Of a stretch of 64,000 nucleotides of DNA, positions 13,801 to 26,849 are shown in pieces. The stretch comes from Takakia lepidozioides (Eukaryota; Plantae; Bryophyta). Made by a program: the position numbers and the translations under genes. Position 1 is the first letter of the stretch, and the number at the start of each line of letters is the position of its first letter. The notes under the pieces were generated by a model. The model searched no databases and was not told the DNA's origin. It saw nothing but the letters and a program-made list of their open reading frames with translations. Location: NCBI GenBank assembly GCA_030704615.1, contig CM060734.1:58156001-58220000 (forward strand), written 5' to 3'.

Positions 13801-14961
13801 CCAGATGGCCCCATATATTTTATTCCACGGTGCCAAGGTTATGATGGCATGCTAAGCTACCACCACCCCTTGTGGAGCCACCCCCACCGCAACCCGGTGT
13901 GTGGGGCTCCACCTAGTGAGCGCCTCCGCCTCCTTGAGTGCCTTGGGCACTCAAGGGTGCTTCAGCCCCCGTACCTATCGCTGCTACTGCCCCCACCACA
14001 GGGGCAGCCCCTCTTGTGTCCCGACCCCCCTGCCCTCAAGGCAAAGGGCCGCGACACACACCCCTACCAACAGGGAGTCGATGTCCTCATCGACTTGTCC
14101 ATTTTGTAGAAACGAACATCCAAGTTGTGGCGTCCTACATCAAGGAGTTTGTTTCCGTACCATGGCGTCCCATGGCAAAGAACCAAACCCCACACTTGAC
14201 TCTACTCTCCACTAGCTAGTTCGGCCGACTTCCTCCAAGTCCCGGCCAAGGGTGGAGCCTCTCAAGCTCCTCCCAGTGCACTCTTCTTGGCCTACGTCAA
14301 GGCCAAGGAACGATCCTCCTTGAGGATCGAATCGCCTTACTGCAACAACATTGCTTGCGACCGCTCATGATGCCGCTTTTTGGCATCATCTTGAGCAAGG
14401 GTTCACCTGGAACCCTCTTTGACTAGGAAGATAACCTTGAACCAACCGTGCGCTCCAATCACTACAATTGGATCCGCCTTGGAATGCTGGCCTGAGGTAC
14501 GGGAACACGCCGAAGCCGCACTACGACTTCGTCCCGAGGCTACACGATTATAGTACGTGAACGGAAGCACGTAGCTTCCGCGTTAGCCCGCAACAAGGCA
14601 ACCCCCTCGGTAGCGCAGTTATAGTACGCGCACGCGCCAAGTGCGCACTAGCACGTGAACTCCCAAAGAAGTCGCAAGTTTCCTTGCCCCTTGGATGGGC
14701 GTCACCCGATTTCGGCACTACGCAAACACACGATTAACCCAATTTACCTCTCCCACTTTTATAAGCTAGCATGCATTCTACACACTAGCCAACCATACCA
14801 TGCATCACCATTCCAAACAAAATAGGACGCACAACATTTGGAACCCATTTCCTTTATAACAAATTTTTGTACAATACAAGTTTTTGTAATCAGATTCCTA
14901 AGCTAGCTAAGCCGGGCTAGGCATGCATTTCCTCCCCCACGCTCCAAGGTTGATGTCCCCA

Positions 14962-17900
14962 TCAACGTTTCGTCCGCTTTTGAGGTCGCCCTTCGAAAGC
15001 TGCAACCGCCTCGGATGCGTTTCCCATTTCTGAGGCACGCACCCAAGATGCCTCCACATGATGATAGCCCTTCCATTTGACGAGATACTCCGTTTCTCGG
15101 TTCTTGAACCTCCTCGACTTAAGTATTGCCTCCACCTCGTACTCAGGTTCATTTTCATGATCCAACAGCATAGGTGGCGGACGCAACACTTGATGTCGAT
15201 TCGGACGCGCTTCATCTTTGAAGTAAGGCTTCAAAAGGGAGACATGGAATACTGGGTGCACCTTGTTGTTTGCCGGCAGCTCCAATTCATACACATCCTC
15301 ATTCATAACCTTCCGAATGCGAAAGGGTCCCGCATACGGAGGTACGAACTTCGGACTCACTTCCGGAGGTAGTCAGAAATTCTTGATGTTCAACCAGACC
15401 TCCGTGCCTGCCTCAAACTTCACTTCCCTCCGCTTCCGATTCGCCTGCCTTTCATACCGTTTCCTAGCTTTGGCAATGTTGTACTTTGCGAGCTTCAACA
15501 AACGCTCGCATTCTTCCAGTACCGCCGCTACTGCCGGTTCCTCAACGTCCTGGGCGGCCCAACTTGTCGGCACCAGAGGTACTTTTCCATAGACCAATAC
15601 GAAAGGGGAAACTCCCGTTGCGGAGTGTTCTGTGTTATTATAACAGAACTCTGCCGCGTCTAAGTGTTCCATCCAGTCTGATTGGTCTGCCGACATGTAA
15701 TTCCGCAAGAATTGCTTCACTACGGAATTCACTCTTTCCGTTTGGCCGTCCGTCGTAGGTCGGAAGGCGGTGCTCATCTTCAGCCTCGTCCCCATCTTCT
15801 TCCAAAGTGTCCTCCAAAATTTACTCGTAAACTTTGGATCGCGATCCGAGACAATATCCTTCGGGACTCCATGATGCTTTAAGACGTGGGCGAAGTAAAG
15901 TCGCCCTGTCTCCTACGCCGTTGTCGTCTCTTTGGTGGGGATGAAATGGCCCATTTTACTGAACCTATCCACCACCACCATGATTGCATCGAATCCTTTT
16001 GACAGCGGCATAGCAGTCATGAAATCCATCGAGACGCTTTCCCAAGTCCCCTCTGGAATCGGCAAGGGTTGTAACAGCCCCGCTTGCTTTTTGTACTCGC
16101 TCCGGTTTTGTTGGCATGTGGTGCATGTCTTGACATACTCCTCTGCCTCCTCCCTCAGTTTGGGCCAGAAATACTTTTTCTTTAAGAGTGCCGCAGTGCG
16201 CTTGGCTCCGCCGTGGCCCGCAAGCGGGCTATCATGGCATTCTCTCAAGAGGCTATCTCTGATCCCTCCCTTTGGCACGTAGAGACGTTTTTGCTTATAC
16301 CGGAGCAGTCCATTTTGCAAGTGGAACTGCGATTTAACCCCCATCCTCAAGTCCTGCATCACGGACTTCGCCAGCTCATCCTTCTGGTAAGTCTTCCGGA
16401 TCTTCCTTTGGAGCGCCGTCTCGCCCTTGTACACCAACAAGAGCTGCTGCTTTCTACTTAAAGCATCGGCCACCACGTTGTCTCATCCCGGTTTGTACTG
16501 GATATCCACGTCGAACACCGCCAAAGTATCTTGCCACACAAGTTGTTTTGGGGACAACTTGGGCTGCGTGGCAAAATACTTCACCGTGACATTGTCCGTG
16601 AACACCTTCACTGGGTTGGAACCAACATAGTGGCGCCAAAGCTCAAGACAGTGCACCACCGCCTTCATCTCTTTTTCGTGCGTTGGCCACCGTCGCTCCA
16701 CTTCATTCAGTTTCTTACTTTCGTAAGCCACTGGACGTTCATCTTGCATAAGTACACCCCCAATCGCGAAGTCCGACGCATCTGTATGAATCTCAAATGG
16801 ACGATCGAACTCCGGGATTTTCAAGACTGGAGCTTCCGCCATCCGCTGCTTCAATTCAGCAAAAGCTTGGCCACAAAATGTGTTCCATACCCAGACTTTG
16901 GATTTACACAGAAGGTCCGATAGCGGCCCCGCGATCTTGGCGAAATTTCTCACATACTTCCGGTAATAGGAGGCGAGTCCTAGGAAGGATCGCACTCCCG
17001 GGACCGAAGTCGGAGGCTCCCAGTCCAAGATCGCCCTCACCTTTCTGTCATCCATTTTGATCCCATCCTGTGTAATCACATGCCCCAAGAACTCCACTTT
17101 CGTGACCCCGAATTCGCATTTTGAAGCTTTGGCGTACAGCTTCCCTTCCCGCAACTTTTGGAACACCCTTTTGAGGTGCTCCAGGTGTTCCTCCTTTGTT
17201 TTCGAGTACACCAAGATGTCGTCGATGTACACGATCACAAAGTCGTCCAACCACTCCTGAAAAAGGCTGTTCATCAGCGTGCTAAAGGTCGCCGGTGCAT
17301 TAGTGAGCCCAAAAGGCATCACCAAGAACTCATATGAACCATACCTTGTCTTGCACGCGGTCTTCTCCTCATCTCTTTCCGCCACCCGAATTTGATGATA
17401 GCCGGAGCGCAAGTCGATCCGGCTGAAATACTTCGCTCCTGCTAACCGGTCGAAAAGGTCGTCGATCCTTGGCAAAGGGTACCGGTTTTTAATAGTCACC
17501 TTATTCAAAGCCCTGTAATCGACACACATCCGTAGCGTCTCATCCTTCTTGTCTGCGAATAGCACCGGGGCTCCGTAAGGTGACTTACCCGGCCGGATGT
17601 ACCCCTTTGACATTAGATCCTTGAGCTGAGTTTTCAGCTCGACCAACTCTCTGTGGCTCAACCGGTAGGGCGCCTTGGCAGGCGGTTCCGATCCCGGTAT
17701 CACCTCAATCTTGTGGTCAACTCCTCTTCGCGGTGGCAAGCCGCTTGGTAAATCCTCCGGCATCACATCCTGGTATTTCTCCAAAATCCCCTTGATCCAA
17801 TCTGGGCTCGGCTCCCCATCGCCTTCTCCTTTCACTTCTCTAATGTAAAGCAAAAACTGGGACTCGTGTGCCTCCTCCACGGCCCACTCCTTTGCTGACA

Positions 17901-19523
17901 GAAGGTTTATTCGCCCTCCCACGGATTTGGGCGTTTCCGACACTCGTAAAACCTCGCCACCATTCCCACATGACAGCGTAACTACTCTCTTGCGGCCATC
18001 TATGACCGCTCCGGATTTGCTCAAAAAGGTCATCCCCAAAATGAGATCCACTCCATCGATCTCGCAGATAGTGAAGTTCTTACGTCCCTCCCAACTCCCC
18101 AGTTGAAGAGGAACATCAAACGCCAACCTTGTCGCCAACTGAGGTTCTCCTTTGGCAGAGCGCACCTCAATAGAGGCCCCCACGTCACTTGTCGGGAGTC
18201 CCAACTTTCGCGCCGCCGCCGGCGTCATGAAGGAGTGCGACGCTCCTGTGTCCACCAACAACGACACGTTAGTTCCGGATATTATCCCATCCACGAACAA
18301 TAACTGACTCCCTTTACGCAGGGCGCCAGTTTCCTGATACAACTCACAAGAATAGTTGCCTACCTTGCAAGTCCTGGCGACCACCGCTTCCACCAAGCGA
18401 CTGATGGTATCTTCCGACAGCTCCGTGGTTGCCCGAGTCATGTTCAATTGTCGAGGTTTTGTGCACTTCTTGGCCATGTGCCCGGGCTCCCCGCAATTGA
18501 AACACACTCCATCAAAGGTTGCGTTCTGTCCGCCATAAGCCGCTCCACCCGCTTTTCCTTTTGAAGCACCGGGTGCCGCCTTGACGTGTGAAGGCCTCCC
18601 TTCGATTTCCACGTGCCATTGTCGCCGCGTGGCCTATCCCACTTTTTTTCCGGTCGGAAGGAGTCAGCTTCCCGCGGGGTCTTCTTGTGGTTCAGCTCCG
18701 TACGGCCTTGTCTCTCACCCCTAGGGACATCCGAGAAACATTCAGCCCTCTCAATTGCCTCGTTCAAAGTCTTGGGTGGCTTCTCCTCCAACTTTCGCCT
18801 CGCCCATGGGGCCAGTCCCGCCACAAAGTTGAAGACCATTTCTGGTTCTGCCATGTCCGCGACTTCGAGCAACAGCACATTGAAAGCCTGGACATACCCC
18901 CGAATGTCATCTGTTTGCTTCAAATTCCTCATCTTGTCCCGGGCAAGCCAGGATGCGTTGAGGGGCACAAACTGTCTCTTCATCAATTCCTTGAACCCAC
19001 TCCAGTTCAAGGTTTCCGGGCTTGGGCCTCGGTCGTGAAGGCGTTTCTACCACCATTGTTGAGCATAGCCCCTCAAATAGGTGGGAGCCACTTCCACCCG
19101 ATCCTCATCACTCAACTTAGCCGCCCGGAAGTACTGCTCTAGCTCCAGGAGCCAGGTGTTGAGTGCCTTCCGATTTCGAACGCCCTCGAAGGTGCCGGGT
19201 TCCTTAGGATTCACCTTAAACTTTGCCTTAGTGGAAGTGGCATTAGCCGCCTTCAACACGTCTTTCAACGTCCCGCCAAACTGCGCCAACAACCCTTCCC
19301 AAAAGGCTGCCCGCATGGGAGGCATCTCTTGGTTTGTCGGAGCTCTCAAGGATTCCTCGGGCTCCAACTCCTCGGATTTCTCCCACTCTTGAGCGGCCTC
19401 GTTTTCGGAAACATTCATCGCTTCCTCAAACGGCCGCCTCGGTGACACGTCGCCCCCATCGGGCTCACCAGGATCATCATCTTTTGGGCCGTTCCGCTTT
19501 CGCTTTGGCTTGCCCGACCCCAT
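14962..19523 (-). pseudogene. gag-pol polyprotein of Gypsy element 1 (premature stops and a frameshift)
   Basis: CCHC knuckle [14 protein letters not shown]; protease [10 protein letters not shown]; [11 protein letters not shown]; RNase [10 protein letters not shown]; integrase HHCC and DDE (SMDF, DRD, GQTERVN); chromodomain YEVEAIL...YLVKWKGY. Stops at 19047, 16483, 15913 and 15373; frameshift near 18600. Confidence 0.95.
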
Positions 19524-19578
19524 GATGAGGCCAATCCCAAGGACGATCGCGTACTGAACTCTAAGCTCTGATACCAAG

Positions 19579-20305
19579 TGTCGCGCACCTCACTTCGGTA
19601 AGCTCCCCTTCAAGTCATAGTTACTCGCTTTGATGTGCGCGCTTGACTCCCAACCTGGCCGTCGGGCCAACTTGGAGCTTCGGCTGCTCACCGGGGCATA
19701 ACGGTCCCCCCTTTGTTCTCCCAAAGAACCCTCCACCGATTTGGAACCAGCGGAAATTCCCTTTGGTAGTTGGCAGTCAGGAACAGCTCCCCACTCTTTG
19801 GTCGCTTTCCGGCTCGCTCGCTTACTCACTAGTTTTTGGTCACCAACGGGCTTGCACCGTTCTCGGGGTTACTAATCCCTATATATACTTCTGTAGCTGT
19901 CCGCGGGGGTTTCACAACCAGCCATGCCATTTTATGGCGAACCACCACGAAGACCCTCGATTCCCGGTGGTGAGTCGCGGTGAGTCTTGGCCCACTCACC
20001 GCGGCCCCAATGGACCGTGATGAGTCCCAAGACTCCCCACGACTCCCACCTCGAGGTCTCCACCCCATGGTGAGTCCTATGCCACCCCCACTAAGTCCCG
20101 CTAAGCTACCACCACCCCTTGTGGAGCCACCCCCACCGCAACCCGGTGTGCGGGGCTCCACCTAGTGAGCGCCTCCGCCTCCTTGAGTGCCTTGGGCACT
20201 CAAGGGTGCTTCAGCCCCCGTAACTATTGCTGCTACTGCCCCCACCACAGGGGCAGCCCCTCTTGTGTCCCGACCCCCCTGCCCTCAAGGCAAAGGGCCG
20301 CGACA
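19579..20305 (-). repeat. 5' LTR of Gypsy element 1
   Basis: TGTCGCG...CGCGACA inverted termini; about 11 mismatches by eye against the two pieces of the 3' LTR (11054-11567 and 13851-14056). Confidence 0.93.
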
Positions 20306-23300
20306 AGGCATGTATTCAAGGAAGTTCCATTTTTGTTGACTTCATGAATGTGATGAGTACCTTATTTGCAAAACTGACAAATGTACCATTTGCAGCTGGA
20401 GAAGCGCGCTACCATTGTGCTCGAGCAGACTTTGAAGGACTTGAACATTTCAATTGTTTCCCCGCCTCAAATGACATTGGAGGCATACATAAGGAAGTGG
20501 AGAGGTCTCACCTGGAGATACTGTTTTTTCCGAGAGTTCTCCAAAGACGGTAACATTTTGCGGTCCAACGAATTTGACAGTCAGGTTGGGGGAGAGTGGG
20601 CCATGATGCGAGTTGTGTACAGGTGCAATGTCCTACTGGAATCTGTGTTGCCTGTTGTGAGAAATTTTTAGACTTTGTTAGCAGTGTAATCACAGATCGA
20701 CCAAAGTGATTGTTGGTGCCGACATTCACTTCTATGTCTGTGTCCTTCCAAACCTAGAGATTGCATTCACCTGGATTAGCAACTTAGTGTGTGTTTGCAG
20801 TGTCCTTGAATGGAATTTTGTGAATGGCGTTGACGACATTCACATCCAGAGCTGTTGTGAGCTCCTGAGATTTATTGTTCCGTTTTGTATGTTGAATGTC
20901 CTACGGGAAACTGTGTTGCCTCTGGCGAGAAATCATTAGGCTTTCTTAGCATTGTAATCAACGATCCAAAGTGAATGTCGGTGGCGACATTCACTTCTAT
21001 GTCTGTTTCCTTCCAAAGGTAGAGATTGCATTCACGTGGAGTTGAAACAAATGGTTTGTTTGCAGTGTCCTTGAATGGAATTTTGTGAATGGCGTTGACT
21101 ACATTCACATCCAGAGCTATTGTAAGCTCCAGAGATTTTTTGAACGTTTTGTATGTTCCATTGACATTTTAGTGAGAGTTCCTCACTCGAGTTTTCTGAA
21201 TGTCGTTGCCGACATTCACTTTCCTTGCAATGTTGTTGCCTCTTGTGAGAAATCGTTAGGCTTTGTTAGCAGTGGAATCACAGATCCAAAGTGAATGTCA
21301 TTGCCGACATTCACTTCTATGTCTATGTCTTTCCAAAGCTAGAGATTGCATTCACCTGGATTAGGAAGTTAGGGTGTGTTTGCAGTGTCCTTGAATGGAA
21401 TTTTGTGAATGTCGTTGACGACATTCACATCCAGAGCTGTTGTGAGCTCCTGAGAGCTCCTTAGAGTTGTTCTGAGCTCCATTTCCTTCCTCGTTTTTTT
21501 CATTCTGTGCTACAAGCAGCTTACTCACTTCGCGCTTTGGTGGGTTGGGTTTTGTCTCGTATTTCACATGTACACGAAAATATGTGCTTATGGATGGAAA
21601 TCACCTCAGCGGTATTCCAAACTATCTTGACATGTGGTCGGACCCTGCAAACGATCCAACCATGTACACTGCAGGGATATTGAAGGACTGGAGTCCTTCT
21701 CACTTCAGAGACTGTGGTTGGTACCTAGACTGCCCAACCTGAGCACACGACCTTTCAAGAGTAGCACATGAAATATTTGAACAATAATGCTGAGATGCTG
21801 GCGCCTCTGAATGACGAGGAGTACTAAAGAAACATAGCAACATTGGCTGCCAATGAGCCTGATGCTCAGGAAACGACGCAGAAGGGCAAGAAGGTGGGGC
21901 GCAAACCAAAAGACAAGTTTAAAGACAAGGAGAAGGAAAATGACAAGGGGAAGGAGAAAGAAAAGGAGAGTGAGAAGGACTTCGTTGCTGGAAGGTATAC
22001 CCGCACAATTCAGTGCGTGTTCAATGCCAGGCCACACCCTTCCCATGCTGATTCGGCAGGCGAGATTAAGATTGTCAATGAGGGTTGGCTGGCGATGATG
22101 CAGAGTCAAAAGAGAGGATACACTGGGGTGCCTTCGCCTACCTGGGACAACATGATCTCATTCCTTAATCTGGTGAGAATTTGATTTTCTTTCCTTTGCA
22201 TCTGTAAGTGTCATTTGGAGTGTTAAAGTTTGGTTCTTTGAAACATTCTTGTCTTCGTTCTAAAATTGGACATGTCTGTTGCAGGTGAGCACTGGTCCCA
22301 CCTTCGTGTGCGGTGTGCAGAAAACATTTATGGCTAACATGGTCATTCTCGACATCCCGGACGGCCAGGCTGTGCTAGAAGTTCTTCCGAAGGGCAAGAC
22401 GCCAAGCTGGAACAAATTCGACGACAACTACTGGAGTTGGGTGTTCGGGTTCTGCAATAATTTCCTCTCTGATGCAGGGACACTTTTGCTTTTCCAATCA
22501 TGTGACAAAGATAGTCGTCAGGCCTTGGCATCATACCTGAAGTCCTTTGGGTTTTGCACACATGGAGTTGTGTGAACAGCCTCTACCTTGTGAAAGGGGG
22601 TTGTCCTGGTCAACTGGTATGCCGTCTCCCTTCTGCTTGTGCTTTCATGCTGCGTTTCAATGTTCTCTGCAGCTCCACTATAGAGAATCTGTAATGATCG
22701 ACACCGATCATGACAGATTCGTGACAAAACAGATTGTTGTATGCCTTTGTTTTGAATTTCCAGTGTACAAACTTTCACTATAGTTTGTGTTTACCACCCT
22801 AACCTGCAGTCTTTGGCAGACGAGGATGTTCGAGGCGATCTGCCTGCAGAGGATTCGCACCTCAAAGACACCATCCTCCGTCCGCAGCTTTGAGATTTCT
22901 GACCAGGGTTGTTTCGTCAACCCCCCGTATGAGCCGCATATCGATGACATTTTGTACAACTTCATGCAGTCCAGTCAGACTCTCAAGAGACCAGATGGCA
23001 CTCCTTGGAGAGGTGCAAAGGAAAAAACCCCAGCGTTCATGCAGATACTGCTGGAGTCATGCAGCCACCATTCTGCACGGGTGGTCGATCTTTCTGTGTC
23101 CACAGGTTCGTTCTCTCCCTTCCGAATTGATTTTCTTTCACCAGTTTCATCTTCTTAAATCCCCCCCCCCCACCAACCTGTTCATGTCCTCTTGTCTGGT
23201 GCAGGAGCAACTTACCGTGCATGCAAGGCAGGCGGAAGAAGTTTTTTTGGCATGGAGGATGATTCTGACCTTTACAAGACAGTGCTCTTCCCCCTTTTGT

Positions 23301-24369
23301 CTGGCTCCACTTCAGGCACACAGACTGAGAGGATTCAAATCCAAAATGATGACGATCCCGAGGATAAGCAGGTCGACAACGACTTTTCATGGGAGTAAGT
23401 CCTAAACCCACTTTGGGAGCCATACTCAATTTCTCGGACATCAAATTTATAGTAATAACTTTTTTCGGGCTGTGACTTGCAAGAAAGCAGCGATGGATCT
23501 TCAGGAGATACCCCCATTTGTGACGAGTCTGTTTTCGACAACCCCCTTTCCAATTTTTTGCTTCCTGTGTATGCCGAAGCAATGGCACTTCATGCGGCCG
23601 AGTCTATATCCCCTGACTTTTTATTGCCCGGCCGCAGGTGTAGCCAGCGTAGATCCGGAGTTCTTAAATACTTAGACTTAGATGTAGAGGACGCGGGGAT
23701 ACAGTGTACTGACTCTGAGTCAGACTGAACTTTGTTATTTTAATGTTATGTTTCATCCTCTTTGGAAAACATTGAATCCCCTTACTCCACTGTAGTTGTT
23801 TCGGCAGAAAAATAAAATAAAATCAAAGAATCCACTTTTATTAAAATGGCAATATGTATGAATCCATCCCACAAACCCCACTCACTCTTGTCATATCCAT
23901 TGTGCATTCAACTACTGTGCATTCATGCGTGCTCCATTCATGAATGTTTTCCTTTATTAAACATCCATTATACATTCATCCACTGTACTCTGTAATCCAC
24001 CCCATACCACACTCATGTCATATACATTGTGCATTCATCTACAGTGTATTCATGCATCCTCCAGTCATGAATGTTTTCCATTATTCAACATCCATTATAC
24101 ATTCATCCATCTACTTTCATTTTTCGTACTCATCCATCTGTTGCTTCCAGGTGGGAATGACCAGGTCATTTTATTATGTCATCCAGCTTGTTTCCGCGGT
24201 GAAGGGTGCTCTTCCGCGAGAATACACTCCACTTCTTCCTTGGCGTGTGGTGACGGGGCCTTCAAGCGCGATGACGTGGAGTGAGCCCCGTGATGTGGCG
24301 TTGGCGCAAGGTGACGTGGCGTGAGTGCAGTTGCGCTCACGCGACCAGGCTCACGCCGAGGCATCCCTG
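20306..24369 (+). mobile_element. Copy B of MULE-like element: cargo exons 5-10 (methyltransferase-like part, stop 23728), 3' region and terminus
   Basis: Inverted homology to 52844-56990. Peptides VILDIPDG, FLSDAGTLLLF and KEKTPAFMQILLESCSHHSARVVDLSVSTGATYRACKAGGRSFFGME. Homology stops at ...CACGCCGAGGCATCCCTG (24369). Confidence 0.85.
20706..21428. repeat. Intronic array of seven 24-bp palindromes (copy B)
   Basis: Units start at 20706, 20820, 20971, 21085, 21196, 21291 and 21405 (e.g. GTGAATGTCGTTGACGACATTCAC), embedded in about three larger 260-320 bp tandem units. Confidence 0.85.
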
Positions 24370-25950
24370 GAGGCACCAAGAGTCGTGCAGAAGACTCTAC
24401 CATAGCTGGAGGAATGAGTCTGTTATGATTCCGGAGGAGTTTCTCTGTATTATTCACAACAAAATGGATCATATGAAAACAGCTGTTCCAAGGCTCCAGA
24501 CTTCAAACAAAATGATTTCTGGATTGGGTCAGCTTCCAGTTTCACAAACGGGAATGGTCACGCACAGACAGGGTGATGGAGCTTACGGTCAGTATTCTCT
24601 TGAGTTCTAGAAGGGAAATTCAAACTTTACAATTGGTTCTTTGGCACGTTGCATGCGCTAGCTGGAAAAGCCAACCTGTCGCGAGTCCAGGAACATTTTC
24701 AATTACCGATTTCAAAACGAGTTTTTTGAATCACTTTTAAGACGTAAATCGAGATGTTTGGATGCTCTTAAACCCTGCAGGCCGGAAGACAAACGTGGTG
24801 CTCGTCCACTTCCGAGAAGACTGTACTTGCAAATGGACAATTCCGCGAAGGACAATAAGAACAGATGGATGCTTGCTTTTCTATCCCTCCTGACCGCCAA
24901 AGATGTTTTTGAAGAAATCCAGCTAGGGTTCCTAATGGTCGGATACACCCATGAGGACATCGACGGGTTCTTCAGCTACCTATCGAAGAAGCTGAAGGAA
25001 CGAAGCACCTACATTCTTTCGGATTTGATGAGGTTTTTTATGACCTCGCAAGATCTGCAGTTCATTCCACAAATTATTCAGGAGGTTCCCGATTTCAAGA
25101 ATTTTGTCAAGGGTTGTATTCTGGATTGAAAGGAGGCGTTGGTCGGGATTTCGGAGATGCACGTCTTCCGCTTTTTTAAGGATGCGGAGGGCTGGCCTGT
25201 CATGAAGTACAAGAAGTCCGTTACTGATTCAGATTGGCTTCCAACAAACAATAGCGTGAAGATGTGGAAGTCCAATCCTGACGAGGCTCCCAAGCTCCCT
25301 GAAGGAGACCCAAACGCCATTCCAAGGAGACCTATCTGGGGAGTCGGGGACGACTCCTCCGAAAAACAGTCATTCATTAAGAATGGAATAAAAAAATACA
25401 GGGATTTTTGGACGAAAGGAATGATGCTTGACGATCATTACAGAGGTCGAATGAAACAATACGACAAGGCCGAAAACAAATTGGTCCAAGAATCATCTCA
25501 GAGATGAAATCCATCCACATATAGTGCCAGATGTGGAAGAAGAGGATGAAATCCTAGAACCTTACTGTGGCCCGAGGTGTGAGTGACCAAGAATATCCTT
25601 GAATCCGTTCAAGGATATTGAGAAAGGGTTTTTTGTACTCGTTCGCCCTCATGACCCAAGTACGTGCCCGGTCTGGATGGGGGTGGCAATATCTGACGTG
25701 ATCCGCGAAAGGAAGGATCCTAATTTTAAGAAGGTGAAGGTGGAGTGGTGGAGACCGAGAAAAGGTGGTAACCCAACAGACTTGGAAAGGTATAGGGACT
25801 GTTGGTCAAAACTTTAGGATTATAACTCGTCAGATCCTCCTCAATGGATCCACATAAACAATGTTGTCTGGACAATGCCTCCACGAAAAAATACGATAAG
25901 GAATAGCACTAAGAGAATTACTGCCGCCGAAGCAATGAAGGCGCGCTAAT
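24370..25950 (+). pseudogene. Degenerate Sola/DUF7869-type DDE transposase, 5'-truncated at the MULE terminus
   Basis: Motifs IIHNKMDHMKTAVP, LPRRLYLQMDNSAKDNKN and FLMVGYTHEDIDGFFS, typical of the DN..xNKN / GHTHEDID transposase family; several stops and frameshifts. Confidence 0.7.
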
Positions 25951-26849
25951 TTGGAGGAGGCTAATTGTCAGTCAGAAAGCGAGTCGTGCGAGCGAGTTCC
26001 AGACCAAGGACATATTGTTGAGGTCAACTCCAGTACTTCGATTTAAGAAATAAATTTTTTCTTCTCTATATGGCCCTTCTTGTTTGCGTTGGGGGATCAT
26101 TTTTGTTATCTTCTTATGTCGCACTGAACCTCAAATGTCTAGTGGACGTTCTCGATTTTTTTTTTTTTTTTTTCTGGTTTGCTGGATTCTGGCCTGCTGT
26201 ACATCCTGGTCAACAAAGAAAACCCTGTGGGGGAGTTTCGCCTACATAACATATAGATCAAAGAACAAAAATGGCGGGCGCGACCACTGGAGTCTTCAAA
26301 TTCGGTCAAAGAGGTTTTTAACAACGGAAGAAAATAGCCCATTTCCAGTCCTTCTCTGAAACATTGGACTTGCTTTTCGCATAACCAATTCTCCCACTGA
26401 AGTCTCCCACTAGGAGGAGCCTTACTCAATTGTTGTTGACATACTTTTCAATTTGCCAGTCCTGAGTTTTTTCTCTGAGGTTTTCCTCCATTTTCCCTCT
26501 AAGCTCTACGACTTTTCTGCACTAAATTTTCATTTCATTTCATTTTCATACTTCTCATCTTTGGCCTTGGTTTAAGAGGAAATTTCACATGTCATTTTTT
26601 ATTTTTCAAATTTTAAGCAATTTTCATTTCTTTTTGTTTTTATTTGGTGGTCTGACTTTTTACTCTCTCATGTTTTCTTCATATCCATTTTCTCCCATGA
26701 GATCTAGGCGCTTCCCAAAAGTCGTTATATAACGCCATTTTCTTTCCAAATCTCATAGTGTGTACTTTTTTTTTTTTTTTTTTTGACAATTTAGGATTTT
26801 GGATTGACATAGCTTTTTTATAGTACCTTGTTTTTTATGTTAGCATTAC

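Larger units (their letters stand above)
13851..20305 (-). mobile_element. Ty3/Gypsy chromovirus LTR retrotransposon (element 1), nearly full length, 3' LTR split
   Basis: 5' LTR at 19579-20305 (TG...CA, 727 bp); PBS TGGTATCAGAGC (tRNA-Met type) at about 19565-19576; gag-PR-RT-RH-IN-chromodomain order; PPT GGTAGGGG next to the 3' LTR start at 14056; the 3' LTR is broken at 13851. Confidence 0.95.

Noticed and set aside
13849-14400. Antisense ORFs across the Gypsy LTR and 3' UTR (also 44340-44687, 19643-20161)
   Set aside because: Frames and lengths differ between copies and no recognisable domain is present.
20706-21428. Palindromic repeats with spacers resembling a CRISPR array (also 55883-56606)
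   Set aside because: Spacers are 70-140 bp and are themselves repeated, the array is inside a spliceosomal intron, and no cas genes are present.
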